Below are positions 36,561 through 50,662 of a stretch of DNA of 64,000 nucleotides, in pieces. Both the position numbers and the translations under genes were made by a program. The stretch comes from Paramecium tetraurelia (taxonomy: Eukaryota), in the NCBI GenBank assembly GCA_000165425.1, contig CT867989.1, forward strand, positions 124,001 through 188,000, written 5' to 3'. The notes under the pieces were generated by a model, which was not told the origin of the DNA, ran no database searches, and worked only from the letters and a program-made list of their open reading frames with translations. Numbering within the stretch: the stretch's first letter is position 1; each line of letters begins with the position of its first letter.

Positions 36561-38473
36561 TCAAATAAAGTTTTGAATCAAACAAGATTAAGGTTTGATG
36601 AATAAGGAGCCTTTATATTCCTAATTTGAATCCATCTTTTTATTAAATTATTTTCATAACCGCCTGAAATGCAATTTCAATATAACAATTTTTAAGATAA
36701 AAATAATTATTATTAGCAAATTGTATATTCATTATTCAACATTAAAATTAAAAAATCTTCTTGAAGAGTAACTTTTTGGATTGGCAGACTATTATTCATA
36801 ATAATTATCTTAAATTTAACCTTCCTTTATAATATTTAGAATATCCAAACAATTATAAACACCTTTTCGAGGATACTTAAATTACTAAATTATTTGGCAT
36901 TAAGGATTAATAGTCATTCTTTACTCAAGTACTCTGTCAAATAAGGTGTTAAATTTAAATTTAAATTACATCAATGCGTTATCTATTAAATAATTGCTTA
37001 TTTATACTGCTCTCTTGTTAATTTTAATTAGGTCGGATTTTGTTAATGATTATATTCTAAAATTCATTTATTTTTTATAATAGATTTTAAGGTTGCTACT
37101 AATTGGATTTTTATTATTTTTTTAGAAAGTAAAGTGATTAACTTATAACCTTGTACATAGGCAAAAAGATTATATAGATTATAATGACTTGCAATGAAAT
37201 TATTCCTACTGAGGCTAAAATAGTTACTAATATAAGTTAGTTCAAATTTTAATGTATTATATGTAGAAGATGATTGATATTAAATTAAATTTCTTCTTCA
37301 ATTTAAATATCGTAAAACAGTATGAGGAAATAATCAATATTCTATAATTTGATGATTTAAATTACAACATCTTTATTGTAGATGCTGTTGAATCTACACA
37401 GTATCTGAAATTACTCGTAATTACAAGTAGAGTTGATTTATTTAGTGTAATAATAATTGAGAATAGAATTCCAATCATCAGTTGTAAATCCAGTGATTTC
37501 TTCATCATAGAAGCTAATCAAGAGTGATGAATTAGACACAATATCATTTTTATAATTCGACAAAATTAAAGTTCCCTCTGTATTTACTATCATTATATTG
37601 ATATTTAATTGAGGAATGAGATTATTTGTAAAGACGAGATCTGCGCAGAATAAACCTTCTACTTCCTTTTTCAAATTTAACATAGATTGAGTCATTGTTA
37701 TTGAATATATTGGTTGAGCATCAAAATATTTATAGATATTAGTTATTTGGGTATTATTGTTTTTATCCTTTTGTAAATTTTCAAAATGTGATTTATACCA
37801 TTACCTTTCTTTTGGATTATAATTTGGATAAATTGTCAATTGAGGATATAAAAATCCATATTAGTTTGAATTAACGGAAGAGATAAAATAAATTTAGTTT
37901 GGCAAATATCCATCATTTAATCTCATGGAACTTAATATTAATGAACCCACTAAATTAGTGACACTTTACAATTATTAACTTACATTGGTATTTTACTAAG
38001 AAGTTTATGGACTGGATTCCTATCCAAATGTTGAAAAGCACAGAATGGAATAGTTATGTTCTGGAGGCAAGGTAGGTTGAAAATAGTCACACATTCTGGA
38101 AATCTAAGAAGTTGCAATTATTTCATTTTGTTATTATAACCAATAAAGCTAATTAAGGTTTGTCAATGAAATCTAAGCTAAAAATTAGATAGGAATCTAT
38201 ACTTCTTATAAAGGCTGAATTAAGCTAATGATTCAACAGAATTGAAGCAGTGTCAAGGTGTTTTGACATTTCCAAAATAGTACTTCCCTATAAGGAATGG
38301 TAAAGAATCTGTTCAATGGAATACATATTTATAGCATATGCTATTAAGATGGAAGGAATTAAGAGGGTTAAGATTATGCCATTTATAATTAAGATCTGCG
38401 TTCTCATTTTAAATCTTCCTAAATTTGCTCTTAAGCATCTATTAAAGAAATGATCTATAGATTATTTGTTCAT
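36561..38473 (-). CDS. Two-TM protein with probable extracellular Cache-like sensor domain
   Basis: N-terminal TM (ILIINGIILTLLIPSILIAYAI), YNPKERQWYKSH resembling the Cache YDPRxRxWY motif, ITMTQS...GLFCADL, second TM. The 3' end is approximate. Confidence 0.7.
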
Positions 38474-38690
38474 TTTTAATGTATACAAATAATTTTAATT
38501 TTCTATGTTTTTCAATCCTTTAAATTTGATAAAATTGTAATTAAAATTAGGAGGACACATTTGTAAATAAAAGTGACATAAATCACTGATTTCATCTTAG
38601 TTTGATTATAATTTATTCATGCGAATTATTAAATATTTATACTCAGAGTTTTATGATTATTTAAAGTATCTAAAATATTAGAAATAATAT

Positions 38691-40028
38691 ATGATCTATC
38701 TAATAGTCGTATTTTTAATATAGTTTAATTGTTAAAGGATAGAATCAAGGGATCAAACATGTAATCATGATTATAAGTTAAAGTGTTTTATAAGAAATTG
38801 AATGAAAATGTAAACTTTTATTGCGAGACTGGTTACATAGAAGTTGAGGATGTTACTCACTCAGAAAATAAATTATTTTATCATCTTTTTTTAAAGTAAG
38901 GAGTAGAGTCCTTAGAACAAGTAAAAAAAGATGATACCTTTTTATTATGGATCCCTGGAGGCCCTGGTTCTGCAGCTACGAAATATGCATTTAAATACAC
39001 AGGACCTTTCAAAGTGACTGAGGGGAAGTTGATTTTATGGGTAAGACCACTTTTTATAAATTTTACAGGATTACCTAATTAATGAACACTCTCATGTATT
39101 GTACATAGATATGCCCTTTGGATCAGGATTCAGTTATTCTACAAAGAAATATGTAGTAAATACTACGGAAGAAGCTGCAGATTATATTTTATAGTTCATT
39201 GAAATATTCTTGGATTCCCACAAGATTTTCAAACAGATTAATTTCCATGTAGTTGGAATCAGCTATGCAGGTCATTTTGTTCCAAGAATTGCCACAAAGA
39301 TAGCGAATTCTAATTTGGAATTGAATTTTAGAGGAGTGTTTATTGGAGGTTCTTGGACTGAAGCATTATCACAATACAGAAATTAAGCAACAACTTTGAT
39401 TTCCTATGGTCTGATTGATTAATATCGCTTTGAGTTTATTAGAAAAATAGAAGCGATCTAATAGAATCTCATGATGGAAGAGAAATATTATGAGGCAGCT
39501 ACTAGCACAATTGATATAACATTTGATTTGGATTTCTTGGAATACTTTGATCCTGATAATGTGTATAAGCATACTAATGACCCGAATGACAACTCTTATA
39601 TCCAATTTGTAATTGGAAATAAGCAACAATATGGTATTCCTTCTAATATTGCATTTAATCCATCCAATTTTACAATTTTGCAAGCATTCTATGCGGATAC
39701 TTATATGAGTTACTTAAGCGACATTGAATAATTATTGCAGAAAGGGAAAGTGATGCTATATAATGGATAATTTGATTATAATATAAGTCCAGCTGGAGTA
39801 TAGGTCATGATAAATAATATTAGAAGTGAGGTTGTGTAGTAATGGAAAAAAGAGCACAAGAACCCATTTTTCTATAAACAAAAATAAACTCAAGAGTTAT
39901 TGATAGGGGGGACAGTTAAATACTACAAAAATTTCGCATTTGCTATTGTATATTAAGCTGGCCATTTAACGCAACTTGATTAACCTGGATCGGCCTATTA
40001 ATTGTTAAAATATTATTTAGATTTCTGA
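38691..40028 (+). CDS. Serine carboxypeptidase family S10 protein (divergent)
   Basis: Signal peptide, ETGYI, WIPGGPG, YIDMPFGSGFSY, GISYAGHFVP, YNGQFD, AGH. Confidence 0.9.
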
Positions 40029-40179
40029 AGTGATTATTAATATGAAATTTAATCTAAATTATTACAAGTTTAATTCAGAGAGTCATTAGAGTAAGAATGA
40101 TCTCCAACTATTATAAATATTTTTATTTTCATATAACTTAAAATTTGCATAAAGATAATAATTATTATTAGTATTCATA

Positions 40180-40988
40180 ATGAATCAATAATTCTTTGGC
40201 AATTCCAGATTGGCCATTCAAAGAGCTCAATAACTTCACTAATTCTTCACTTAATCAGTCATTTATGATCAATTCAAATATACAGCCAAAATGCCCTAAT
40301 ATCCAAAAATTGTATTTTTGCAATCAAATCAATTTATCAGAAATCTGGTTGAAAAGTAATTTTATCTTTGAAACATAGATAATTCCTTTAGTATTCAATT
40401 ATTGATGCATAGAAATCTAGTGGAGGAGTAAAATTATAATGTATATCAATAGGATGGTGTAGCTAGATTAGCAGAATAAGTTTAATTGCAATCTACTTAA
40501 ACTAATGGTGCTTTATTATTTGGATTCCCAAATACAGCAGTCGAAGCAGAGAGGTACTTGAAACAATTAAAAATATTAAAGTCTTGATAGATTATTGGAT
40601 GGAATCAATTTAGCAGTTAGATTCAAGTTGTCTGACTCATTAGCATAGAAAATTGCAGGATCATTTCTATCATGTTAATCATGCGGTAAGGTCTTCAATA
40701 CTAGTTTACCATTCATTACGCCAACACACCCAGGATACTAAAATAATGTATAAATTTACAACAATATTTAGTGTTAATCACCAAGCAAATGCGCTTTAGA
40801 ATCAAGTTCAGCTCCAACTGATTAGGTCAATGCTGAAGTTGTTAATTACTATCAATAGAGAGTATAAATTGGATTAATAATAGGGTGCTTATCTTGAATA
40901 TGAAATCAACGAAGAGCATTTATTGTATGACTCATAAGAGTTCTTTGAAAAGTTAGATAATGCAGTAGCAACGCATATCAAAGTGTGA
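40180..40988 (+). CDS. Adenylate-kinase-like protein lacking the P-loop (probable pseudo-enzyme, possibly mitochondrial)
   Basis: GALLFGFPNTAVEAESLDRLL (canonical GxxLDGFPR), lid SCQSCGKVFN...CQSPSKC, five tiny introns, no GxPGxGK. Confidence 0.75.
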
Positions 40989-41020
40989 TATTTTTAAGAA
41001 ATTAAAATATTAAAATATGA

Positions 41021-42007
41021 TCACATATATCCTTATTCCAAATGTTCAATGCTTATATTTAAAGTTTGATTGTGCTATGGTGGATTGGATTTATTGATAT
41101 CCAATTTGTTTTGTTTAGCAAATCCTTATAAGGTTAAATCTCCTTGTTTAGTTTTTAACTCTGACTTTTTCGGATTTGAATCTTTTCGTTTGAGAATCTT
41201 AGAATCTCCCTTAATTACCTTTTCATATTGTTCCACTTGAATTTTAAATTGCTTCTATTTCATCTCCTCATTCATCATCTTTCTTCTCTATTCTATGATA
41301 AATGGAGAATCATTCAAATTCTATCCCTAATAAATGACATTCTATCTCCTTAGTTCAGTCTAGTCTTCCTCCGATTTATGAGTGTAATATCTTTGCATCT
41401 TTTTACTATCATTTTATTCAATAGAATCATAAATTTATTTGAGTTCTGCATATGATGTAGGATTATCACTAATTTTAACAGATGTAGATGCAGATTTCCT
41501 TATCTTGGGTTTTTCAGAATAATCATCATCCGATGCAATAGACCAAAAAACTATAGAAATTCCACCTATTGCTAATAGTCCATAGATCTGATTGGTATTA
41601 TTTTATGACTGAGTGTATTTATAAGTTCTTTGTTGGTATGTATTCTTCTGAGCATTATTTTCATGCCATTATCTCTATTAATCTCCGTTATATTGCCATC
41701 CAGGATTATTATTATTATAGTATTGCTTCTCTTGATTACTTTCATGATGAGTATAGTTGCTAGAATGTTATGAGACATCTATTGATTAATCATAAAGTTT
41801 TCTTTTAATAGGGTCCTTCAAAATATTGTATGCATTTGTAATCTCTTTGAACTCCTATTCTTTCTAAGCAAAATTCACATCGGGATGATATAGTTTAGCC
41901 AATTTGATGTAGGCTGATTTAATAGTATCAATAGAGTCATTAGATGATACTCCTAATTTTGAATAGAGAGTTGAGCAAAAGGAGAAAGTTTTATATTTAC
42001 TTAGCAT
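41021..42007 (-). CDS. DnaJ-domain protein with one TM helix, probably mitochondrial
   Basis: LYSKLGVS...IKSAYIKLAKLYHPD...FKEITNAYNILKDPIKRKLYD, TM IYGLLAIGGISIVFWSIA. Confidence 0.9.
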
Positions 42008-42882
42008 TTTAAATTGATAAAATTATAATAATTATTTTTTTTAATTTATTTAGTATAGAATGAGAGTATATATATATTAAGATTTATTTTATGAGTAAAT
42101 ATTCAGTTAATAATAGCAAGTCCTTTTTATTTATCTATAAAAAATATTTTAGATTTTTCTAAAACTTCAATCATAATTAATTCAGAATTAAGAACTAAAT
42201 GGATTTAAGACCAAAATACAAATTAAAGAATACTTTCAATACTGATACCTTTTGACTTTTTGTAGCTTAATTACTTTAGAAATATCATCACATTTAGAAT
42301 CATTACTGTTAGTTTGTTTCAATATGCAAAAAATCAAAATTGAAAGTGGAGTATAATTAATGAATGTTAGGAGATAGTAAAGTATCAGTGGTGCATTTAT
42401 AATATAATCACAAGACTAATATAGCATCTTTCTCAAATGGATTCAACTTACAATATTGTCATAGTACAAATTAGATTATTTTAAAAGGCAACTTGGAACT
42501 TCAAGTGAGAATAAATAATATAAAATTTACATCTTAAATTCTTAATGACCTTTCTAGACTCATAAGATTCAAAAATAGTTTTTAAGAAGTTTTCTACTGG
42601 GTTGATGATCTAAGGACAAATGGACATAGTCGAGATAGTTAGTATTGTTGATCCATATATTTAGGAGAGGCTTATGTAGAAACTATCAATATTGCTAGAT
42701 ATAGAGTACTAATTTTTCGATGATTTTAGAAATACAAGATTGATGAGGTTAACCTATAGATTTGAGGTGGAACAGTGGATAAACATGTAAGTGTCTTAGT
42801 GGATTTCAAAGGTAAGATGGTAAATAGAAGGGAAAAGATTCATCATGTCAAATGTCGAAATTGTGATATATTTTTTATATAA

Positions 42883-45429
42883 ATGCTAATTTACAAGAGT
42901 TCAATATATCTGTAATTTTCAATAAAAAATACAATTTTTCTGGTGGAGGTGGGAATGAGGTAACAAACTGAATTGTAATACATCATCATCAATTCATTTT
43001 CATTGGTAATAGCTGTTTTATTATTTGGAATGGAATTACTTAAAAAATAACCAAACTATATGAATCGAGTGGGTGCCTTGATATTGTGCTTATTGAATGT
43101 GGAGTTGGTGTATCACGAGATTTCATCGATAAATACAATTCAGTTGGTAATGTTCATCGTAATATTAATTACTCAATTTGATGATGAATTGAGATGGCAT
43201 TAAATTGCAAAACATTCAATAATATTTTACTTATTTTTGAGGACACTCATACAATACCAAGAGTTGTTCAACCTGACTTAATTGCTGACGTGTGTGTTGT
43301 GGCAACCCATCAATCATTTGATGCTATACAAAAAGACATAATTGGTAATAAATCAATTAAAGAAATAATCGCTGGATTCGAGTAAAAGTTAATTTGAAAT
43401 TACTCCACAACTATGTAAAGACTCTTCAGAATAGGATGAATAATGCAGTAGTCATTTCTAGGGTAGTTCTAGGATATCCTAAAACTTGAAGCAGTTGAAA
43501 CAACTGTACTTGAATAATCCATTTTCTCATTTCGCAGACATGGATTAGAAAACCTTCTCTCAATTCCAGAAATAGGCATCAACTCTAGATGTTCCATAAA
43601 TCTGGAATTTGTTGCCCTTTGGCATAGCACTCATCAACAGCAAATACGAAATCTTGAACTACAATTAAAAATTATTATACTTCTTAAAAGCATCAGATAG
43701 TGATGGGAGGAATATCATCCTAAATTTGGATTTGTTATTAGAGAGGTATATGAATTAACATAATAAGTCCTGAATCATGGGAGAGTAAATCCATAAATTA
43801 ATTTAGCTCACATTGTAGCAATCGTTAAAGCAGGAGATTTCAAACCAAAAGATAGTTGTCACTCATATCCAAAAGCAATAATGAATAAAGTTCATTGAAT
43901 CCAGACGGTGGCACTCATTCTCATCTCAATGGAGACTTTGCCTTCATAGCCAGCAATTCCAATTAAATCAGAGATGAGATCATGACCACCAAATCTAGGT
44001 ATCGCAATCTAGACAAGTTGCTTAAGCAATTCGCTTTGAAATCCTATTCACTAAATAACAATGGGGATTGTTCATTCCAATCAATTGGTCAAAGTATTTA
44101 AATAATCAAGAAAGTCCAAGACATTGGTTCTAAAAAATATCACTTCAGAATCAAAGTCTATGAATTAGATGCTACTGAAAATAAAATCAATTATTTGTTT
44201 GTCATAGAGAACATCACCAATAAAGAGGAATTGCGCTAATTGAGTGTAAGATACAAATTTTAATAAGTTCTGTTAAATTCTTTATGTCATGAATTAAGAA
44301 CACCCATGAATAACACTTTATCACAATTGAATGCATTAACATCCTTAATTTCCCCTTAAATTAGAGATAAGAATCTCATTCCTGCCATCATCTCTGCCAA
44401 AAAACTAATGTTTCTATTAAATGATATTTTGGAATATGCCCAAATAGATTGTAAGAATTTTCATTTAGTGAATTCCCAATTTGAACTCAATGAAATCATC
44501 GATATCATAAGAGAACTTTTTCAATAGGAATGCAATGAGAAGAATATTCAACTGAGTCTAAATTTTCAAAACATCAAAGAAACTTAAATTATATTCAGTG
44601 ACAAAGAACGAATTATTAGGATTTTAGTTAATTTGATAGACAATTCCATTAAATTCACTAATGAAGGAGGAGCCATCTCTGTCACTATTTAATATGACAA
44701 TCAACACATATACTTTTGTGTTTTGGATAATGGAGTTGGTATTTCTGATAAAATACTCGCCAAAATTAAAAACAACAAAGATTTCCAAATGTAGGACTAG
44801 TATCATAAAAATGAAACTAAACTTGGTTTGGGCTTGAAAATATGTTAATAGATTGCCAAATACCTCTGTGTTGATAAAGAGCTTAAAATTGAAAGTAAAG
44901 AAAAGCAATTTACTAAAATTTCATTCAGAATAGAATCTAATTATAAGTAATTGAATAATCTAAAATTTCCATCTTTTCAAGGGTGTAATTTCAACGTTAA
45001 TTGTGATTGCATACAAATCTTAAATGTTGATGATGTGAGATTTAATCATAATGCAATTGAAGCTCTATTGAATTAACACAACATAAAAATGGAAAGTGCC
45101 TACAATGGAGAATAGGCTGTTTAAATGGTCAAGAAAAGATTTACTTAAAGTTGTTGTTGCAAAACATATAAATTAATATTCATGGACATTGAAATGCCAA
45201 TCTCAAATGGATATTAAGCTTCAAAAGAAGTAATTACCATCTTACTAATTAGATAACAACCATTTTAAATAAAAACAAATTGACAGACTAAACTGTTATT
45301 GTGATGTGTTCCGCTTATAATGGAGATGAGAATAGTAATAAAGCAAAGGCTTGTGGTATCAAAGAGGTATTGCCCAAGCCTATTGAGTAAAAATAACTCA
45401 AACAATTACTTGACAAATATTTATTATGA
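42883..45429 (+). CDS. Membrane hybrid histidine kinase (tandem copy 1)
   Basis: N-terminal TMs, NSLCHELRTPMN, NLIDNSIKFT, DNGVG, KLGLGL, receiver VDD...FMDIEMP...CSAY...PKP. Confidence 0.9.
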
Positions 45430-45448
45430 TTATATATTATAATTATTA

Positions 45449-48031
45449 ATGGAAATACTCATTAAATTGTTGATATGCTAATTAATAATTTAAGACATCA
45501 TTCAAATCAGTTTTATTTGGATAAATACAAATTGGTACTATGTGCTACTTAATGCCTTTTCACTTTCGATATGCTTATTGCTAATAATGATTGACTTTTA
45601 CAAAATATCAACAAACTATATTAAGGTAGGACTCTATCTATTATGCGTGATCAATTACGAAGCTTTATTCTAAGAATCTCTTAATATTGCTAATACCGCT
45701 GAACTATTCTATATATTACTAATATTGTTTAAGGTTTACGATGGCTCTATTAGATCGAAGATAGTTATACATCTCGTTTTGATATACATGGTCATTAGAG
45801 CAATAATAACTGAGTCAGAATATCGAATACATTATTTGATGTTGATGATCTTCCTATAACCCTTGAACCATTATATGTTTTATACGTTGAAGAAATTAGA
45901 ATGTACACAACAAACTCAGACCTATTTTAAACAAGAATCAGGAATCTAACAAACCTTATAAGAACAAGTGATATGCTTGTCTAATGATAGCAAGGCAGAC
46001 AATTTGAAATAGGATCTGAATGAGAGTGTAATTGTTAATTAAATAAATGACGATTTAGAATCTCCAAAAATATAATAGGAACATAAATCTATTGGTGCAA
46101 ATAGAGACACTATTCAATAAAGGATTATCATTAAAAAGCAACCCATAAACATGTAGAAAACAACAACAAATTCATCACATTCGTTGTATCATGAATAGTT
46201 AAAATTGGAAAGCCATATAGATTCTAAATATTCTGATTTAGTTGCAATAATGAGCAATCTTCCCTTTGGTATAATTTTTGTTGATTAACAATTAAAAATT
46301 TTGGACTACAATTAAAAAGTTACATAGTTACTAGGAATCACCAATCCCAACAATATAATTCCGTTTTTAGATGAAGCCATTTAAAAGTAAATAATTTAAT
46401 TAATTATGACAGAAGTGGAGAAATCTAAGAAGTCCGTTCTGCTAAAAAAATTAAAAAATCTATGAATAAATCACCAAAAAAAACGTCATACTTCAAATAA
46501 CCTTCCATTAATTTATAAAAAAGATAATTTGATGATTCAATACCAGATGTAATTTCTCAATATTACAATTGTGGGTCTCAACAAAGGATGGACAATGAGA
46601 CCCAGTAGGAAGGAAATTTAACGTCAGTATTTTCAAAATTCTAGAAAATTCATCAAAGCTAACAAACATCCACTTCAAGAGAAAACTTTTAGTTTATTAT
46701 TAGACTAGATTCCATGAATGCCTCGTAATGTAAATCTAAGTATAAGAGTCTGAAACTCAAAATATTTTAAATCGAAGAAAAAGGAAAGTGGGATTAAAAT
46801 GTTTATTTAATTGTATTAGAAAACATCACAAAAAGAGAAGAGTACAAACTCCTTAATCATAAATATAAATTCTAACAAGCTCTATTAAATTCGTTATGTC
46901 ATGAATTAAGAACTCCAATCAATAGTGTCATTTCCCAATTATATGCCTTAAAAGATGAGTTAACACATGATTTATTGGAATCCCATCTAAACCCTGCAAT
47001 TGTTTCAACCAAGCGACTATAATACTAACTAAATGATATTTTGGATTACGCCTAAATTTAGTGCAAGGCTTTGACTCTCAATAAATCCTACTTTAAATTA
47101 GAGGAAATATTTTAACAATTACAAGAGTTATTTTATTTCGAATGCATGCAGAAGCAGATCCAATTGACAATAGAAGATGATAACTAAATTAGATTGTACA
47201 CTGATAAAGAGCGATTACTAAGAGTCTTTATTAATTTACTAGATAATTCGGTTAAATTCACAAATAAGGGAGGAACAATTAAGGTTTCCTCAGAACTTTT
47301 GAAAGATCAATTTAAATTCACTGTTTATGATAATGGGTAAGGTATTAAGGATGAAATCATCGAAAAAATAGAAGAAGAAGCAGAAATCCTGTTCTAAGAC
47401 TCCATCCAATATAATTCAAATAAACTAGGTTTAGGATTGAGAATTTCACTGCTTCTTACAAAATACTTATACAAAGAGCAGAAGTTCTAGATTGATTCGA
47501 AATTCAATTAATACACAAGGATTAGTTTTCGATTGTCAAACCTAATTGAAAACTGTTCCTTGGAATTTTAAATGGGTCGATAATTGTCGAGGCTTGAAAA
47601 AAATTGCGATTGCAGTAAAATTCTCATTGTAGATGACATTATTTGTAATCACTTTGCACTTTAAGTTTTACTTAAAAAATTTAAAGTGAAAACTGACAGT
47701 GCATACAATGGCAACTCAGCTATAGAGTTAGTTGAATAGAGATTGAAGTAGTAATGCTGTTAAACTTATCGAATAATTTTTATGGATATTGAAATGCCAT
47801 AGAAGAATGGGTTTCAAGCATCTTCGGAAGTATTTTAAAATATCATCCATTTAGATATCTTAAAAACTAAAATAAAAATTTCTTCATGATGAATGTATAA
47901 TCACCATGTATTCCGCTTATTCTGGGGACGATGATGTTCTAATAGCAACTTAATGTGGAATGAAAGAACGAATTTCAAAACCCACCGATATATAAAAATT
48001 GGAACACATTATTAATAAATATTTACTTTGA
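45449..48031 (+). CDS. Membrane hybrid histidine kinase (tandem copy 2)
   Basis: N-terminal TMs, PAS-like NLPFGIIFVD, NSLCHELRTPIN, NLLDNSVKFT, DNGQG, KLGLGL, receiver VDD...FMDIEMP...SKP. Confidence 0.9.
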
Positions 48032-49270
48032 TAATTATGAAATCTCAAATATTTCTAAATATACAACCCTTTTTTATTTTATTGTTTAAATATTGAGACA
48101 ACAAACAATTTAAAAATTAAGCAATTATTAGTTAACGATTTTAGTTATCGAATTGAAAAATAAATAAATCTCTACTTGAATTGCTGATTTTAACTCATAA
48201 AGTTCTCTCAATGAAACAAGAACCCCTTTAGAGAGAATTTAAATTGAAATTGAAATTGTTAAAACTAGAAACAATTATATATTTCGCTTAAATTAATGAA
48301 CATTTTTTGGATCCATTAAACATACAAGCTCTTAGATAATACAATGCAAATCTGTTACTTATTTTATTCCTTAAAAAATGAGGATTATTAAATAATGTTG
48401 TGAAAAAGTACAGTCTTTTTTATATAAAATAGATTGAATTCTATTATTAGTACATTTTTGTAAATTTTTGATAAAATTATTTCCTTTGCTTAATTTGATA
48501 AGAAGCATTTGTCATAAATAGATGATTCAAATTCCTTGAAATATGAATTGATCATATCCACTAAATTAATTTTTAAAAGATTTGAAAATTTACTCTGCTC
48601 CTTGCATTCTTAATTTGTTGTTCATTAAGAATTTCAGATGATAATTCATAGTCTCAAAAACATCTTTACTTTTAATTTTGGATTTTACAACATAAATTTT
48701 CATATAAAAATTTTTATCAAAATGTAAATATAAAAATACTATAATAGTATTATTAAACATGATCATTTCTTTGATCTAATCTAACCTTCATACATTTATT
48801 TCATCACTGATTTTGTAGAAAAAAGAATTTACGAAAATTTAACGATCTAAAATTCTTTATTTTTATTTTCTCAAAATTTACTTTCAATTGTAACTTAAAA
48901 TAATTTTTATTTAATTGTTATGTCTAACAATAAATAAATCGAAATTTATAATCTATGTGCTAAATTGTTCAAAATCAAGGGAAAACCTTTTCTACATTTA
49001 GGTTTTATTTTAAAGATTTCTTGTTTATTATTTAAATACAAAGACAATGAAATTGTAGATAGTGATTTCTAACTTTATCATTGAATCCAACTTTTAAATA
49101 AAAAATGAAAATAATTTTCGAATTATTTATGGTTATTTTATCTTTTTTAAAACAAAAATGATCCTAATAATTCATATCGCTCCAAGAATCTTAAATTGTG
49201 TGAGGTTAGGTATTTTATTCTTCAATTAGCAAGATTAATTACCATAATGTAAGTTGTTAATAATGAGAAT

Positions 49271-50621
49271 ATGTACTAATTAATTATGTTATTATTTATA
49301 ATATTTGCAGCATTCATTGACGCAAGCAAGTGCGTGATATATTCTAAAGATTAAACAAGTATTATTTCAATAAATCTAGATTTCTTTAAAAGCCTTCTGC
49401 CTTCAGTTAATTATTATATTGAAACAGGATATGTAAGTGTTGGAGATTTAGCAATATCAGAAAATAGATTATTTTATTCTCTTCACTTGAAAGAGACAAT
49501 TATGAAAAAGTCAGATATCAAACCAGATGATGAATTTATCCTGTGGATTTATGGTGGTCCGGGATGTTCTTCTTAGGATAGTAATTTTAATGAAAATGGA
49601 CCTATCAGAGTAGATGATGATCAGAAGTTGCACGCAAGAGTATAAATTGTTTAATTGACAAAAGGAAACCTCTTGGAACAAATAGGCACATTTAATGTAC
49701 ATTGATCAACCTTTTTTTGCAGGAATGAGTTATTCGACTAAAGAAGGATTAATAAATAATAGTTGGGATGCAGCAGATTATGTAATTGAATTGTTGACTT
49801 AATATTTTGAATAAAATAAAGAATTATCTAAAGCAAGATTACATATTTGGGGCGAAAGCTATGGTGGGCATTACATACCTGTATTGGCAGAGAAAATAAA
49901 GAAAGAAACTAATTTTAATTTAATTGGAATAGGAATTGGAGGAGCATGGTCTCATCCAAGAGTGTAAGTGATACCCACAGTTCAATAATTAATTAATTAT
50001 GGAGTCATTGATCAGTACAGATATGATTTAATGATGAAATCTGGAATTGAATCATTAGAAGCAATAGACGATTAAGATTATGAGAAATTCTTAATTGAAA
50101 GCGATGAAGAAATATTCTTTAATGATGTTATTGGACCCAATTTTAGATATAATATTCAAATATATAACTATGATGATGGAGACTAGTATGAAGATTTTAT
50201 CAATGATCATAAGAAATAATTTGATCTTCCTGCCAACATTACCTTTGAGGGATGCAATCAGGATATTTACATGGCTTTTGCAGAAGATCAAACTATTTCA
50301 GTTCTTCCTTCAATTGATTATTTGCTTTCATAAGAAATTAAAGTCTTTGTTTATCATGGTTAATTGGATACTGTCGTTTCTCATACAGGAGTGGAATATT
50401 GGGTGAATTTATTAAAATGGAAGGAATTACCAATCTGGAAAAAATAAAAGAAATCCATCTGGAAATTTATTAATCCCAAGACAAAAATGGAAGAAACTGC
50501 TGGCACAATTAAATCTCATAAGCATTTGCATTTTTGCATGGTTTACAACGCTGGACATATGACACCCACAGATTAGCCAGAAGCATCTTTTTAAATGTTG
50601 AAGAACTATTTTGAGATTTGA
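49271..50621 (+). CDS. Serine carboxypeptidase family S10
   Basis: Signal peptide, WIYGGPGCSS, ENGP, YIDQP, GESYGGHYIP, YHGQLD, NAGHMTPTDQP. Confidence 0.93.
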
Positions 50622-50662
50622 GTATTCAAGGATATAAATATAGTTGATTTCATTTTTAGGAA

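Noticed and set aside
40656..40672. CAGGATCATTTCTAT resembles U3 snoRNA box A
   Set aside because: It lies inside the adenylate-kinase-like CDS (AGSFLS) and lacks the upstream GAC/A' elements and downstream U3 boxes.
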